64,000 nucleotides of DNA from the NCBI GenBank assembly GCA_044220955.1, contig JBGAQA010000002.1:96001-160000 (forward strand), given 5' to 3'. The stretch's first letter is position 1; every line of letters begins with the position of its first letter. The notes under the pieces were generated by a model. That model was not told where the DNA came from. It saw only the letters and a list, made by a program, of their open reading frames with translations, and did no database searches. Below are positions 48,131 through 57,384 of the stretch, in pieces. Origin of the DNA: Sandaracinaceae bacterium. Its GTDB lineage: Bacteria > Myxococcota_A > Polyangia > Polyangiales > Sandaracinaceae. Made by a program: the position numbers and the translations under genes.

Positions 48131-48968
48131 ACGAGACCTGGCCGAGGTTCTCCACGTCCCAGGGCGTCCCGGTGAGCGAGAGGCGGCTGCGCAGGTCGCG
48201 CAGGCGGACGGACGCTTCGATCGCGACGGCGGGGGCCATCGAGCCGGGATCGCCCTCGGCGCGCAGCCCGAGCACGAAGCCGACGAGCGCCGGGACGACG
48301 GCGGGCACGCACATGCGCGAGCGCGCGTCGAGCGTGCTCTGGTTCATGAAGTAGACGATCTCGTTCGCCACGTCGCTGCACGTCGGCGCCATCATGGTCA
48401 TCGGGTCGGGGGGGCCGAACGTGACGCTCGTGTTCACCACGCTGGCGAGATCGGTGGCGACCTCGTCGAGCTCTTCCTCGCGGATGGTCACCACGCGCCG
48501 CTCGCCCGGCGCGAGCGAGTACGTGCGCTCCCACTGGGAGAAGTCCGGGATGATGGTGTTGTCGTCGACGGTGAACGCCGGCAGGTAGCGGTTGAACTCG
48601 TTGATCCCGTTCAGGGTCGCGGTCGTCGCGATGCGCTGCGTGTCCACGTTCGTGATGACGAGCGTGATCTCCAGCGCGTAGTCGCCACGCTGCGCCCAGG
48701 GCATGCGCTCGAAGGGCACGGGGGGCGACGACCAGAGGGCGCTCATCTCGGCGTCGGTGGGCTGCCGCACCGGGAGGAAGACGTCGGTCTCGACGGAGAA
48801 GAGCGCGGAGTCCCGGCTCATCGCGATCGGGGCCGTGTCCGCGGGCATCGCGAGCTGGACGACCGTCTGGCCGTCGGGGGTGACGTAGCTCTGCTGGAGG
48901 TTGCAGCCGACGAGCGCTGCCGCGAGCAGGGCGGCCACGAGGAGCGAGCGAGCGAGTTTCCGACCCAT
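48105..48968 (-). CDS. Hypothetical lipoprotein
   Basis: MGRKLARSLLVAALLAAALVGC lipobox; 3' end overlaps the FMO gene by 26 nt. Confidence 0.75.
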   Translation of the reverse strand: MGRKLARSLLVAALLAAALVGCNLQQSYVTPDGQTVVQLAMPADTAPIAMSRDSALFSVETDVFLPVRQPTDAEMSALWSSPPVPFERMPWAQRGDYALEITLVITNVDTQRIATTATLNGINEFNRYLPAFTVDDNTIIPDFSQWERTYSLAPGERRVVTIREEELDEVATDLASVVNTSVTFGPPDPMTMMAPTCSDVANEIVYFMNQSTLDARSRMCVPAVVPALVGFVLGLRAEGDPGSMAPAVAIEASVRLRDLRSRLSLTGTPWDVENLGQVSFTPPVALP

Positions 48969-49135
48969 GGGATCATGAATGGTAGCGACAACCGTGCCCG
49001 GCGGCGACAGGCGCGCTTCGCGGGCGATCTCGGCGCTCTCGCCCTGGTCCCTCGCCCTCGTCGGGGGCGCGCGACCCGGGGCGCGAGGCACGAGGGCGGC
49101 TCCGGGTGCGAGGGCGTGCTACAGGGCGCGCCCTG

Positions 49136-49984
49136 ATGTCCGTCGAGTGCATCGTTCTCGACTTCGACGGGACCTTCACGCTCGTCGATCGTGAAGCGGT
49201 CCCCTTCCTGGACGGGTTCCTCGCCGGTCTGCGTGATCTGGTGGGGGCCGAGATCGCCGCTCGCTGGGACGACACCGTGCGTCGCGTGAAGGCGGATCCG
49301 GACCGCTACGGCTGGGAGAACGAAGGCAAGATCGTGGCGCCGAGCCACGCCGACCCGTACATCCTCGCGACGACCGTCGGACAGATCCTGCTCTCCGAGG
49401 CCGGGATGAAGACCCGCGGCGAGCGGACCGAGAAGCTGCAGGCGCTCTACCAGACCAACTACCCGCGCGCGCTGACCGTCTTCCGATCGGACGCCAAGGC
49501 CGTGATCGAGGCGCTGGTCCGCGGCAGCGCGCCGGTGTTCGTGGTGACCAACTCACGCACCGACCACGTCGAGGCGAAGATCGACCAGCTCGCGCCGCGC
49601 GGGCGTGCGCAGATCACCGTGCGCGGGGACGCGAGGAAGTTCGTGCTGACCGAGCCGTCCGCGCCCGACGACGCGTGGCGGCGCGTGCCCGCGCAGCGCG
49701 AGGTCGCCGGGCTCTCGCGGCCCATGCACCTGCGCCGGGGCGCGTACTACGAGCAGCTGCGGCGGATCTGGCAGGAGACGGGCACCGACGCGTCGAGCAC
49801 GCTCGTCTGCGGCGACATCTTCGAGCTCGACCTCGCTCTTCCGTCGGAGCTCGGCGCCCGCGTTCACCTGGTCGCCCGGCCGGACACGCCCGAGTACGAG
49901 CGGAGGGCGGCGCGAGCCCGCGTCGGCGGCAGCGTCAGCCAGGAGCTGAGCGGACTGCTCGAGGTGCTGGAGCTGCCCGGCTGA
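49136..49984 (+). CDS. HAD-family hydrolase
   Basis: VLDFDGT, VVTNS, VCGDIFELDL. Confidence 0.88.
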   Translation: MSVECIVLDFDGTFTLVDREAVPFLDGFLAGLRDLVGAEIAARWDDTVRRVKADPDRYGWENEGKIVAPSHADPYILATTVGQILLSEAGMKTRGERTEKLQALYQTNYPRALTVFRSDAKAVIEALVRGSAPVFVVTNSRTDHVEAKIDQLAPRGRAQITVRGDARKFVLTEPSAPDDAWRRVPAQREVAGLSRPMHLRRGAYYEQLRRIWQETGTDASSTLVCGDIFELDLALPSELGARVHLVARPDTPEYERRAARARVGGSVSQELSGLLEVLELPG

Positions 49985-50126
49985 GGGCCGTTCGCGCCCG
50001 AAATTCCTTCCGGGCCGCCGGGCCGTGGTAAGCGGATCTGGGCATGTCTCGCGGTCGTTTTCGCAGCGTCCACCTCGGCAGCACCGGCAAGAGCGCCGTC
50101 GCGAAGGTGAGCGGAGCCGTGCCCAC

Positions 50127-51065
50127 ATGAGCCCGCGGGGCAGCGAGATCGCCGCGAGCAAGGACACGCCGACGTCGCGACCGGCGGCCCGGAACCGGCG
50201 CGTCGTACCGAGGCCGGGGACGGCCCCGAGCGAGCCGGCGGCGAGGCCGCGCGCGAAGCTGAGCGAGCGGCTGGGGCGGGCACGCGAACGGGCTCGCGAC
50301 GCGTGGGAGCGCGCCAAGCGGCCGCTCGCGACGGCGGGCCGCGTGGCGGTGGCGTTGCTGCTCGCGCTCGGCTCGCTCGCGCTGGCGCGCGTCCTCGAGC
50401 GATGGGCCAGGAGCGCGCCGGAGCTCTCGGTCCGGACCATCGTGATCGAGGGTGACGAGCGCCTCTCGGAGCCCGAGGTGCTCGGGGCCGCGGGGCTCGC
50501 CGAGGGCGACAACGTCTTCGCGCACTCGGAGGCGGAGGTGAGAGAGGCCCTGCTCGGGCACCCCTGGATCGCCGAGGCGCGCGTCGAGCGACGCCTGCCG
50601 GGCACCTTCCGCATCACGATCCGCGAGCGCGTCGCCGCCGCGATCATCGAGCTCGAGGAGCCCTATCTGGTCTCGGACGAGGGTGCGGTGTTCAAGACGC
50701 TCGAGCCCGGCGATCCGGTGGACCTTCCCGTCATCACGGGGATCGACCGCTCGCGCTTCTTCTCGGAGCGCGCGTTCCGGACGCAGATCACGACGTCGAT
50801 CGTGGGGCTCTTCGCCGAGTGGCGCGCGCTCGGCATGGAACCGCGCGAGAGCATCGGCGAGGTCCACGTCGAGGCGGACGATGCGATCACGCTCTTCGTC
50901 GGCGACGACGGTACCGAGGTCCGCCTCGGCCAGGGCCCGTACCGGGGCAAGATCGAGCGTCTGCGCCGCGTGCTGGACGAGCTGGGCACGCGCCACGCGC
51001 GCCCGCTCTACGTGTACCTCGACAACCTCCGCCGCCCCGATCGCGTCACCGTCCGCGTCCGCTGA
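50127..51065 (+). CDS. ftsQ: FtsQ/DivIB-type protein (TM, POTRA, C-terminal domain)
   Basis: IVIEGDERLS, HPWIAEARVERRLPGTFRITIRER, LPVITG, YVYLDN; start uncertain. Confidence 0.8.
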   Translation: MSPRGSEIAASKDTPTSRPAARNRRVVPRPGTAPSEPAARPRAKLSERLGRARERARDAWERAKRPLATAGRVAVALLLALGSLALARVLERWARSAPELSVRTIVIEGDERLSEPEVLGAAGLAEGDNVFAHSEAEVREALLGHPWIAEARVERRLPGTFRITIRERVAAAIIELEEPYLVSDEGAVFKTLEPGDPVDLPVITGIDRSRFFSERAFRTQITTSIVGLFAEWRALGMEPRESIGEVHVEADDAITLFVGDDGTEVRLGQGPYRGKIERLRRVLDELGTRHARPLYVYLDNLRRPDRVTVRVR

Positions 51066-51113
51066 GCCGACGATTCCGTGCCGGAAGGGTGGCCCGTCGG
51101 CTAGCGTCGGGCG

Positions 51114-52826
51114 GTGCACGCACGAAACGCCGGCGCGATCGCCTCCGGACTGCTCCTCTTGGCCTGCGAGGCTCGAGCCCCGATCGGCTCGCGCTGCGCG
51201 CGCAACGGTGACTGCGCCAGCCCGCTCGTCTGCCGCATCGATCGCTGCCGCACCGAGTGTGTCGAGAACCGCGACTGCCCGTCCGGCGCCGACTGCTTGC
51301 TCGACGAGGCCGGCCTCGGCGCATGCTCGGTCGCCGCGGATCGCGGCTGCGGGGGAGGCGGCACGACGTGTCCGACACCGCTCACGTGCGTGAACGATCG
51401 GTGCGTGAACACGTGCGCGACGAGCGCGGACTGCCCGGACGACGGCGACTGCCGGCCGGCACCGGGCGCGGGCATCTCGTTCTGCTTCGCGCCCGACCGA
51501 ATCGACGCCGGCACCGCGGTGGACGCAGCGCTCGACGCACCGGGCCCGGACGACGCGCAGACGACCGAGGACGCGTGGCGCGCCGACGCCGGTCCCGCCT
51601 GCGTCGGGAGCGAGTGCACGCGCGCGCTCTGCGTCGGGGCGCACCACGCGTGCGCGCTGCACGCCGACGGCACCGTCGGGTGCTGGGGCGACAACGCCTA
51701 CGGACAGCTCGGCGACGGATCGTCGCGGACGAGCGCGACCGCGCACTCGACGTGCGGCAGCACCGACTGCTCCGCGACGCCCGTCACGGTGCTCGACGAC
51801 GCGACGGGCACGGCGCTGCACGCCACGGCCCTGGCGTGCAGCGAGCTCTCGAGCTGCGCCCTCGTCACGGGTGGCGGCGTCGCGTGCTGGGGCGGCAACG
51901 GCGGCAACGGCCCGCTCAGCGGCGACCCAGCGATCGCCGGTCCGACGCGCGCGACACGAGCGGCGCCGCTGGGCACCGGCTTCGTCGGGCTCGTGGGTGG
52001 TCGCTACCACTACTGCGCGACGCGCGACACGAGCGCCGCCGACGGGGTCGTCTGCTGGGGCGACTCGAGCGACGGGCAGATGGGCCTCGGCGACGTCACG
52101 GCGGGGATGCTCGGCGGGATCTTCGACGCCGGCAGCGCGTGGGCGCTCGGCGAGCTCGCGCTCGGCAGCGGCACCACGTGCATGGTGCGGGCCGGCGAGG
52201 TGTCATGCGCGGGCGCGAACGACGCAGGCGACATCGGCCCGGGCGCGGCGCACTTCCCCGCCGACGAGACGACGCCGGTCCGGGTTCCGCTGGGAACGCT
52301 GGGCACCAGCAGCGCGACGGACGTCATCGCTGGAAACGGGTTCGGCTGCGCGCTGCTGTCCGACCGGACCGTCTGGTGCTGGGGCTGGGCCGGGTACGCT
52401 TCGCTCGGACGGGAGCTCGCCGCGATCGACGACGACTGCGCCATCGACGCAGGCGTGTTCGGGCCTTGTCACCGGACGCCCGTGGGCATCGAGGCGCCAG
52501 GGCTCTCGTTCACGCGCCTCTTCGGTGGCGCCGGGTTCTCCACGTTCGCGTGCGCGCAGCTCGCCTCGGGGCAGATGTACTGCTGGGGCGCGCTCGAGAC
52601 GGGGGACTGTCCGTTCCGGTCCGGCCGCCCCTGCTCGACCCCGACGTCCGTCGCTCCGTTCGCGGACGCCGTCTCCGTCGCGACGGGGACGACCAGCGCG
52701 TGCGCCCGCTTCGCCGACGGCCGCATCACGTGCATCGGCCGGAACGACGCAGGCCAGCTCGGGCGCGGGGGCTTCTCGCTCCCTTCCGCCATCCTGACCG
52801 ACGACGTTCCCGTGGTGGGCTTCTGA
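51114..52826 (+). CDS. Lipoprotein with Cys-rich N-terminus and RCC1-like beta-propeller
   Basis: LLLAC; HACALHADGTVGCWGDNAYGQLGDG and related repeats. Confidence 0.88.
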   Translation: MHARNAGAIASGLLLLACEARAPIGSRCARNGDCASPLVCRIDRCRTECVENRDCPSGADCLLDEAGLGACSVAADRGCGGGGTTCPTPLTCVNDRCVNTCATSADCPDDGDCRPAPGAGISFCFAPDRIDAGTAVDAALDAPGPDDAQTTEDAWRADAGPACVGSECTRALCVGAHHACALHADGTVGCWGDNAYGQLGDGSSRTSATAHSTCGSTDCSATPVTVLDDATGTALHATALACSELSSCALVTGGGVACWGGNGGNGPLSGDPAIAGPTRATRAAPLGTGFVGLVGGRYHYCATRDTSAADGVVCWGDSSDGQMGLGDVTAGMLGGIFDAGSAWALGELALGSGTTCMVRAGEVSCAGANDAGDIGPGAAHFPADETTPVRVPLGTLGTSSATDVIAGNGFGCALLSDRTVWCWGWAGYASLGRELAAIDDDCAIDAGVFGPCHRTPVGIEAPGLSFTRLFGGAGFSTFACAQLASGQMYCWGALETGDCPFRSGRPCSTPTSVAPFADAVSVATGTTSACARFADGRITCIGRNDAGQLGRGGFSLPSAILTDDVPVVGF

Positions 52827-52890
52827 CGCGGCCCGCCAGAAACCGCGGGCGAGGCTTCTCCGATCGAGCGCGCTCCCGTACGCTGGGCGC

Positions 52891-53838
52891 GTGGCGCAGC
52901 GCACCCTGCAGACACGCGACGTCCCCGGCGCGCTCCTGGCCGGGGCGCGCTGGCTCGTGAACCCGGTCTCCGAGGGCGGCGCCAAACAGGTGCCCCGCTT
53001 CAAGCTCCTGGCGGCCGGCCCCGAGGTCCTTCGCGAGGTCGAGCGGATGCGGGTCCATCCGACCGGCAAGCGCTTGCTCGCGGACAAGCCCGATCTCGGG
53101 GCGCTGCTCTCGAGCACCGCCACGCTGAAGAGCATGCGCCCGGGGAGCCTCGGACGGACGTTCCACGACGCGATGGAGATCCCCGGAGGTGTCCCCGGCT
53201 ACCTCCTCGCGTCGCTCATCTACAAGGACGGCTTCTTCGACTCCCTCGAGGTCAGCGACGACGTTCGCTACTTCATCGAGCGGAGCCGTTGGCTCCACGA
53301 CGTGTTCCACGTCGTGACCGGGTACGGCACCGACCTCTCGGGCGAGGGTCTGCTGATCTACTTCATGCTCGGCTACGAGCACGGCCTCTCCTACCGCGTG
53401 GCCTCGCTGGCCCCGTTCGGGATCGGTCCGAGGTTCTTCCTCCGCCCGAGCTGCGGGCGGAGGCGCTGGCGCGCGCTGCTCCGTGATGCGCACGCGCGCG
53501 GCCTCGCAGCTCGCCGGATCTGCTCCCCCGCCTTCGTCCCGTGGGAAGAGCTCCTCGCGCGCCCGCTCGACGAGGTGCGCCGAGAGCTCGGCATCACCCC
53601 CTTCCTCGAGGACACCGCGCGCTGGCTCGACCAGAGCTGGCTCGGGCGACAGGCCGCGGGCGGATTCGGTGCGTACGCGCGCGAGGCAGCCCGCGCCCAG
53701 CTCGTCCGGAAGGTGGTCGAGGCCGGCGTCAGCTGCCGCGAGCTGTACCGCGTGAGCGACGCCAAGCTCCAGACGCTCATCCGCCTCGCCGCCCAGGGCT
53801 CCTCCGACGAGGCGATCCGCGCCGCCGCGGCGGCCTGA
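52891..53838 (+). CDS. Coq4-family protein
   Basis: PGSLGR, HDVFHVVTGYGTDLSGE (HDxxH-x11-E), PWEELLARPLDEVRRELGI. Confidence 0.85.
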   Translation: MAQRTLQTRDVPGALLAGARWLVNPVSEGGAKQVPRFKLLAAGPEVLREVERMRVHPTGKRLLADKPDLGALLSSTATLKSMRPGSLGRTFHDAMEIPGGVPGYLLASLIYKDGFFDSLEVSDDVRYFIERSRWLHDVFHVVTGYGTDLSGEGLLIYFMLGYEHGLSYRVASLAPFGIGPRFFLRPSCGRRRWRALLRDAHARGLAARRICSPAFVPWEELLARPLDEVRRELGITPFLEDTARWLDQSWLGRQAAGGFGAYAREAARAQLVRKVVEAGVSCRELYRVSDAKLQTLIRLAAQGSSDEAIRAAAAA

Positions 53839-53883
53839 CTCGAGAGCGCGCGGTGCGCGGTGGCGCCGTGCGATAGTGCGCCG

Positions 53884-54888
53884 ATGGAGCGAGCCAGCGC
53901 GGGCAGGGTGTGTTCGTTCTCGGCGCGCCTCCGCGACGGCTGCACCGCGTCGATCGCGTGGTGGCTCGCGCTGGCCTCGAGCGGCGCAGCGCAGTCGACG
54001 GGCGGCAGCGCGGGGGGCAGCAGCTGGGGAGGCGGCGGGTCGAGCTCGGGAGGCGGGAGTGCGTGGGGCTCCTCGTACGGCAGCTCGTACGGCAGCGGCG
54101 CGGCCGCGGACGCGTACGAGCCTCCTTTCTGGGCGCAGCTGCTGATCGCCGTCGCGTTCCTCGCGTTCCTCTTCTTCTTGTTCCGGCTGATCGCCCGGGC
54201 CTCACAGCCTCCGAACGTCGGCGTCGCGAGCGTCCGCATCGCGCTCGACGCGCGCGCACGCCGCTTCGTGCAGGCGTCGCTGGCAGACCTGGCGAAGCGC
54301 AGCGACACGGCGACGCCGCGCGGGCTCGCGGAACTGCTCGGCGCCGCCTCTCGCGCGCTCGTGGCCGCGAGGCTCGCGTGGATCTACTGTGGCGTGGAGC
54401 AGGTCGCGCCCGCGCCGCCCGCGAACGCGCGCACGGAGCACGCGAGGCTCGCCCAGGACGCCCGTGCGCGCTTCCAGAACGAGCTCGTGCGCAACGCGGA
54501 CGGTGAGACGCGGACGGCCGACGCGCCCGCGCTGCTCGCGCGCGAGCACGAGGGCGAGGGTGTCGTGGTCGTCTCGCTGATCGTCGCGAGCCGAGCGAGC
54601 CTGCCCTCGGCCTCGCCCGGACGGCCGGACGAGGTGGCGTCGCTGCTCGAGGGACTCTCCCGTCTCACGGCCGCGGATCTGGCCGCGCTGGAGGTGGTCT
54701 GGTCGCCGGCCGCGGAGCAGGATCGCATGAGCACCGCCGAGCTCGAGGCGCGCTACCCCGAGCTCACGCGCCTCACCGCCGTGGGCGGGCGCGTCTTCTG
54801 CGATCACTGCCGCGGTCCCTACGCGGCCGAGCTCGCCAAGTGCCCGCACTGCGGCGCGCCCTCGGTCTCGACACAGAAGACCGCCTGA
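53884..54888 (+). CDS. DUF1517-family protein with C-terminal zinc ribbon
   Basis: Gly/Ser-rich N-terminus, TM, DTATPRGL, LEVVWSPAAEQDRMSTAELEARYPEL, CDHC...CPHCG. Confidence 0.8.
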   Translation: MERASAGRVCSFSARLRDGCTASIAWWLALASSGAAQSTGGSAGGSSWGGGGSSSGGGSAWGSSYGSSYGSGAAADAYEPPFWAQLLIAVAFLAFLFFLFRLIARASQPPNVGVASVRIALDARARRFVQASLADLAKRSDTATPRGLAELLGAASRALVAARLAWIYCGVEQVAPAPPANARTEHARLAQDARARFQNELVRNADGETRTADAPALLAREHEGEGVVVVSLIVASRASLPSASPGRPDEVASLLEGLSRLTAADLAALEVVWSPAAEQDRMSTAELEARYPELTRLTAVGGRVFCDHCRGPYAAELAKCPHCGAPSVSTQKTA

Positions 54889-54904
54889 CGAGCCGCGCCG
54901 GCCG

Positions 54905-55474
54905 CTACTCCAGCTCGTTCACGACGTAGATGCCGGGGGTCCGGTAGAGGTCGTTCTGGGGATCGGCGCCCGCAGCGACCTCGAACGTCGAGAGCGTCGC
55001 GTCGCCGTCGAGGTTGCCGATCGCGTCGAACGAGTAGAGCGCCTGGCCGGCCCGGTGGCCGCACGAGCTCGTCGAGCCGTTGATGCAGTACCGGTAGTAC
55101 ATCGGATCGGCGACGTTGAAGCTGAGCGCGACGAACGACGCGAGCGCCGGGACCGAGAAGTTCACCGTCTGCTTGGTGGCACCCGCAGCGCCGGTCACGG
55201 TGTTCGTGGTGCAGACCGGGGCGACCGTGCAGGCGCTCGCGGACGTGGTCGTCGCGCGCGTCGTCGTGCGCTGCCCCGAGTGCTCGGCCGTGTAGTACGA
55301 GGCCGCGCCCGTGAACAGGTTGGCGAGGTTGCCGCTCGCCTCCGCCGTCCTCGCGCGGCGTGTGTAGTTGATGTACGCCGGGATCGCGATCGCCGCGAGA
55401 ATGCCGATGATCGCGACGACCACCATGAGCTCGATGAGCGTGAAGCCTGCCTTGCGATCCCTGCGTGCAGCCAT
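54905..55474 (-). CDS. pilA: Type IVa pilin (PilA-like)
   Basis: KAG|FTLIELMVVVAIIGILAAIAIPAY, RARTAEA, C-terminal GNLDGD. Confidence 0.88.
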   Translation of the reverse strand: MAARRDRKAGFTLIELMVVVAIIGILAAIAIPAYINYTRRARTAEASGNLANLFTGAASYYTAEHSGQRTTTRATTTSASACTVAPVCTTNTVTGAAGATKQTVNFSVPALASFVALSFNVADPMYYRYCINGSTSSCGHRAGQALYSFDAIGNLDGDATLSTFEVAAGADPQNDLYRTPGIYVVNELE

Positions 55475-55695
55475 GGTGTTCCCCTCTGGCGGGTGGAGCG
55501 CTGGCCGAGAACCTCTCCCGGCGTGATCGAACAGCCCCGCGCCAACCATGCAGCGGACGATCGGGTCGCCCCCTTGAGCCCCTCTCGTCGATTGCACGCT
55601 CCACCCCGGAACGACACGGACGCACCTCTGCACACGCGCTCCGTCGAGGGGGTGCTCGGGGGCTGGGCGCGCGCCGACGTCTCGGCGACCGCCGG

Positions 55696-57156
55696 TCAGT
55701 ACGTCGGAGGCTTCAGGAGCTCGCCGGCCGGACCGAAGAGCGCCTCGGTCGTGACGCCGGCCTCGTTCGCGATCGTGCGATCGGCCCCGGCCGCGAGGAG
55801 CTTCGGCGCGAGGTCGAACATCCTCGCGTCGTAGGCGACGTGCAGCGCCGTGCGCCCGAGGTAGCGCGCGCGCACGCTGGGGTCGGCGCCGGCGGCGAGC
55901 AACGCCTCGACGTGCTCGGGCAGCCGCCGCTCGATCGCGGTGTGGAGCACGGGCGTCCAGGCCTGGTCGCCCGCCTGGATGTGCGCTCCACCCTCGAGCA
56001 GCGCGAGGAGCGTCTCGATGGGCGGGGCCTTGCCAGTGCCGGGGTGCGTGCGCACGGCGTGGTGCAGGGGCGTCATCTTCGTCGTCTCTTCGAGGGCGTC
56101 CGGGTCGGCGCCGGCCGCGATCAGCATCTTCACGCGCGTCGTGGCGCCACGCTCGACCGCGCTGTGGAGGGCCGTCGCACCCCCGGGCATGTACCGCGCG
56201 TGGACGTCCGCGCCGCGCGCGAGCAGGAGCGCTGTGACCTCGTCGCTGCTGCTCCACGTCGACTCGCCGAGGGCGGTGTCCGAGCCGATCCGCGCGCTCG
56301 GGCTCGCTCCCGCGTCGAGCAGCGCCGCGACGCACGCGGTGCTCCGGCCGCGGCACGCGACGAGCAACGCTCGCTCGAGCGGCGCGACGCCCAGGCCACG
56401 CGCGCTCACGTCGGCGATCGCCGCCACGAGCGCGTCGAGGGTCTCGTCGTCGGCGGCCTCGACGAGGGCCTTGGCGAGCTGCTTGTCGGTGAGCTTGCGC
56501 GGCTTCTTCGGGGCAGGCTCGGCCTGCGCGGGGCGGAGCGCCTGGTGCGCCGCGGTTCCGGGCGCGGGGCCGCCCACCGGCGGCGGCATCTTCCCCGGCG
56601 CCAGCACGTCGACGTCGCCGACCTTCCCGAAGATGCGCTGCGCCGCGTCCTTGCGCGCTGCGGCGAAAGTCCTCTCGTTCGCGAGGCCGAGCTGCCGCGC
56701 GAGCCACACGTCGAGACCGGCGTCCTCGACGCCGATCACGGGCAGCTCGTCGTGATCGATGAAGAGCACGGGGTACTCGCCGAGCGCGTCGGGGTCGCCG
56801 AGGTAGAGCAGGCGCATCGAGTCGCTGCCGGCGTCGAGCGGCAGCGCGAGGCCGGGCAGGGACTCGCGCGCGAGCGCGCGGTAGGCCTCGCCCGCCGGAC
56901 CCGCGTGCTCGGCCATCAGCTCGGCGGCGGGCGCGGGCTCGAGCCAGTCGAAGTCGCGGCGCATCCACCCTCCGTCGAAGGCGAGCAGCGCGTGCATCGA
57001 GGGGCTCAGCGCGACGCCGCACGCATGCTCGGCATGGGCGAGCGCGGCCGCGTCGAGCGGCGAGGGCGCGCCGACCGGCGAGCCGTCGCGCGCGAGAGCC
57101 GCGAGGATCGCCTGCAGGAGCGGTGTGCCGCGCGCGGGCGGCCTCGGCTTCGCCAT
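55696..57156 (-). CDS. SMI1/KNR4 (SUKH)-like domain + ankyrin repeats
   Basis: AEHACGVALSPSMHALLAFDG...LYLGDPDALGEYPVL; ankyrin motifs TALHSAV, TPLHHAV, TALHVAY, LLAAGAD. Confidence 0.75.
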   Translation of the reverse strand: MAKPRPPARGTPLLQAILAALARDGSPVGAPSPLDAAALAHAEHACGVALSPSMHALLAFDGGWMRRDFDWLEPAPAAELMAEHAGPAGEAYRALARESLPGLALPLDAGSDSMRLLYLGDPDALGEYPVLFIDHDELPVIGVEDAGLDVWLARQLGLANERTFAAARKDAAQRIFGKVGDVDVLAPGKMPPPVGGPAPGTAAHQALRPAQAEPAPKKPRKLTDKQLAKALVEAADDETLDALVAAIADVSARGLGVAPLERALLVACRGRSTACVAALLDAGASPSARIGSDTALGESTWSSSDEVTALLLARGADVHARYMPGGATALHSAVERGATTRVKMLIAAGADPDALEETTKMTPLHHAVRTHPGTGKAPPIETLLALLEGGAHIQAGDQAWTPVLHTAIERRLPEHVEALLAAGADPSVRARYLGRTALHVAYDARMFDLAPKLLAAGADRTIANEAGVTTEALFGPAGELLKPPTY

Positions 57157-57384
57157 GGCCGGAGTTGTCGGCCGCGTCGAAACGGCGGGCAAGTCCAAAC
57201 CGCCCGGCGCTCGCCGGCGACCGAGCGTGATGTCGCGCACGGAGCCCGCGGGCTCGAGGACCCTCGACCCTGTGCCCGGCCCCGGCGTGCGTAGGTGCGC
57301 GACGCCCCGTCCGTCTCGAGGCCGAGCAAGCTCGACACGGACGACCGCGCCGATCGTGAGGCGCTCGCAGCCATCGGAGCAGCC

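Noticed and set aside
55475..55695. Sigma-54 promoter for the type IV pilin
   Set aside because: The TGGCGCG candidate lacks a correctly spaced TGC, and another GG-N10-GC lacks the -24 context.
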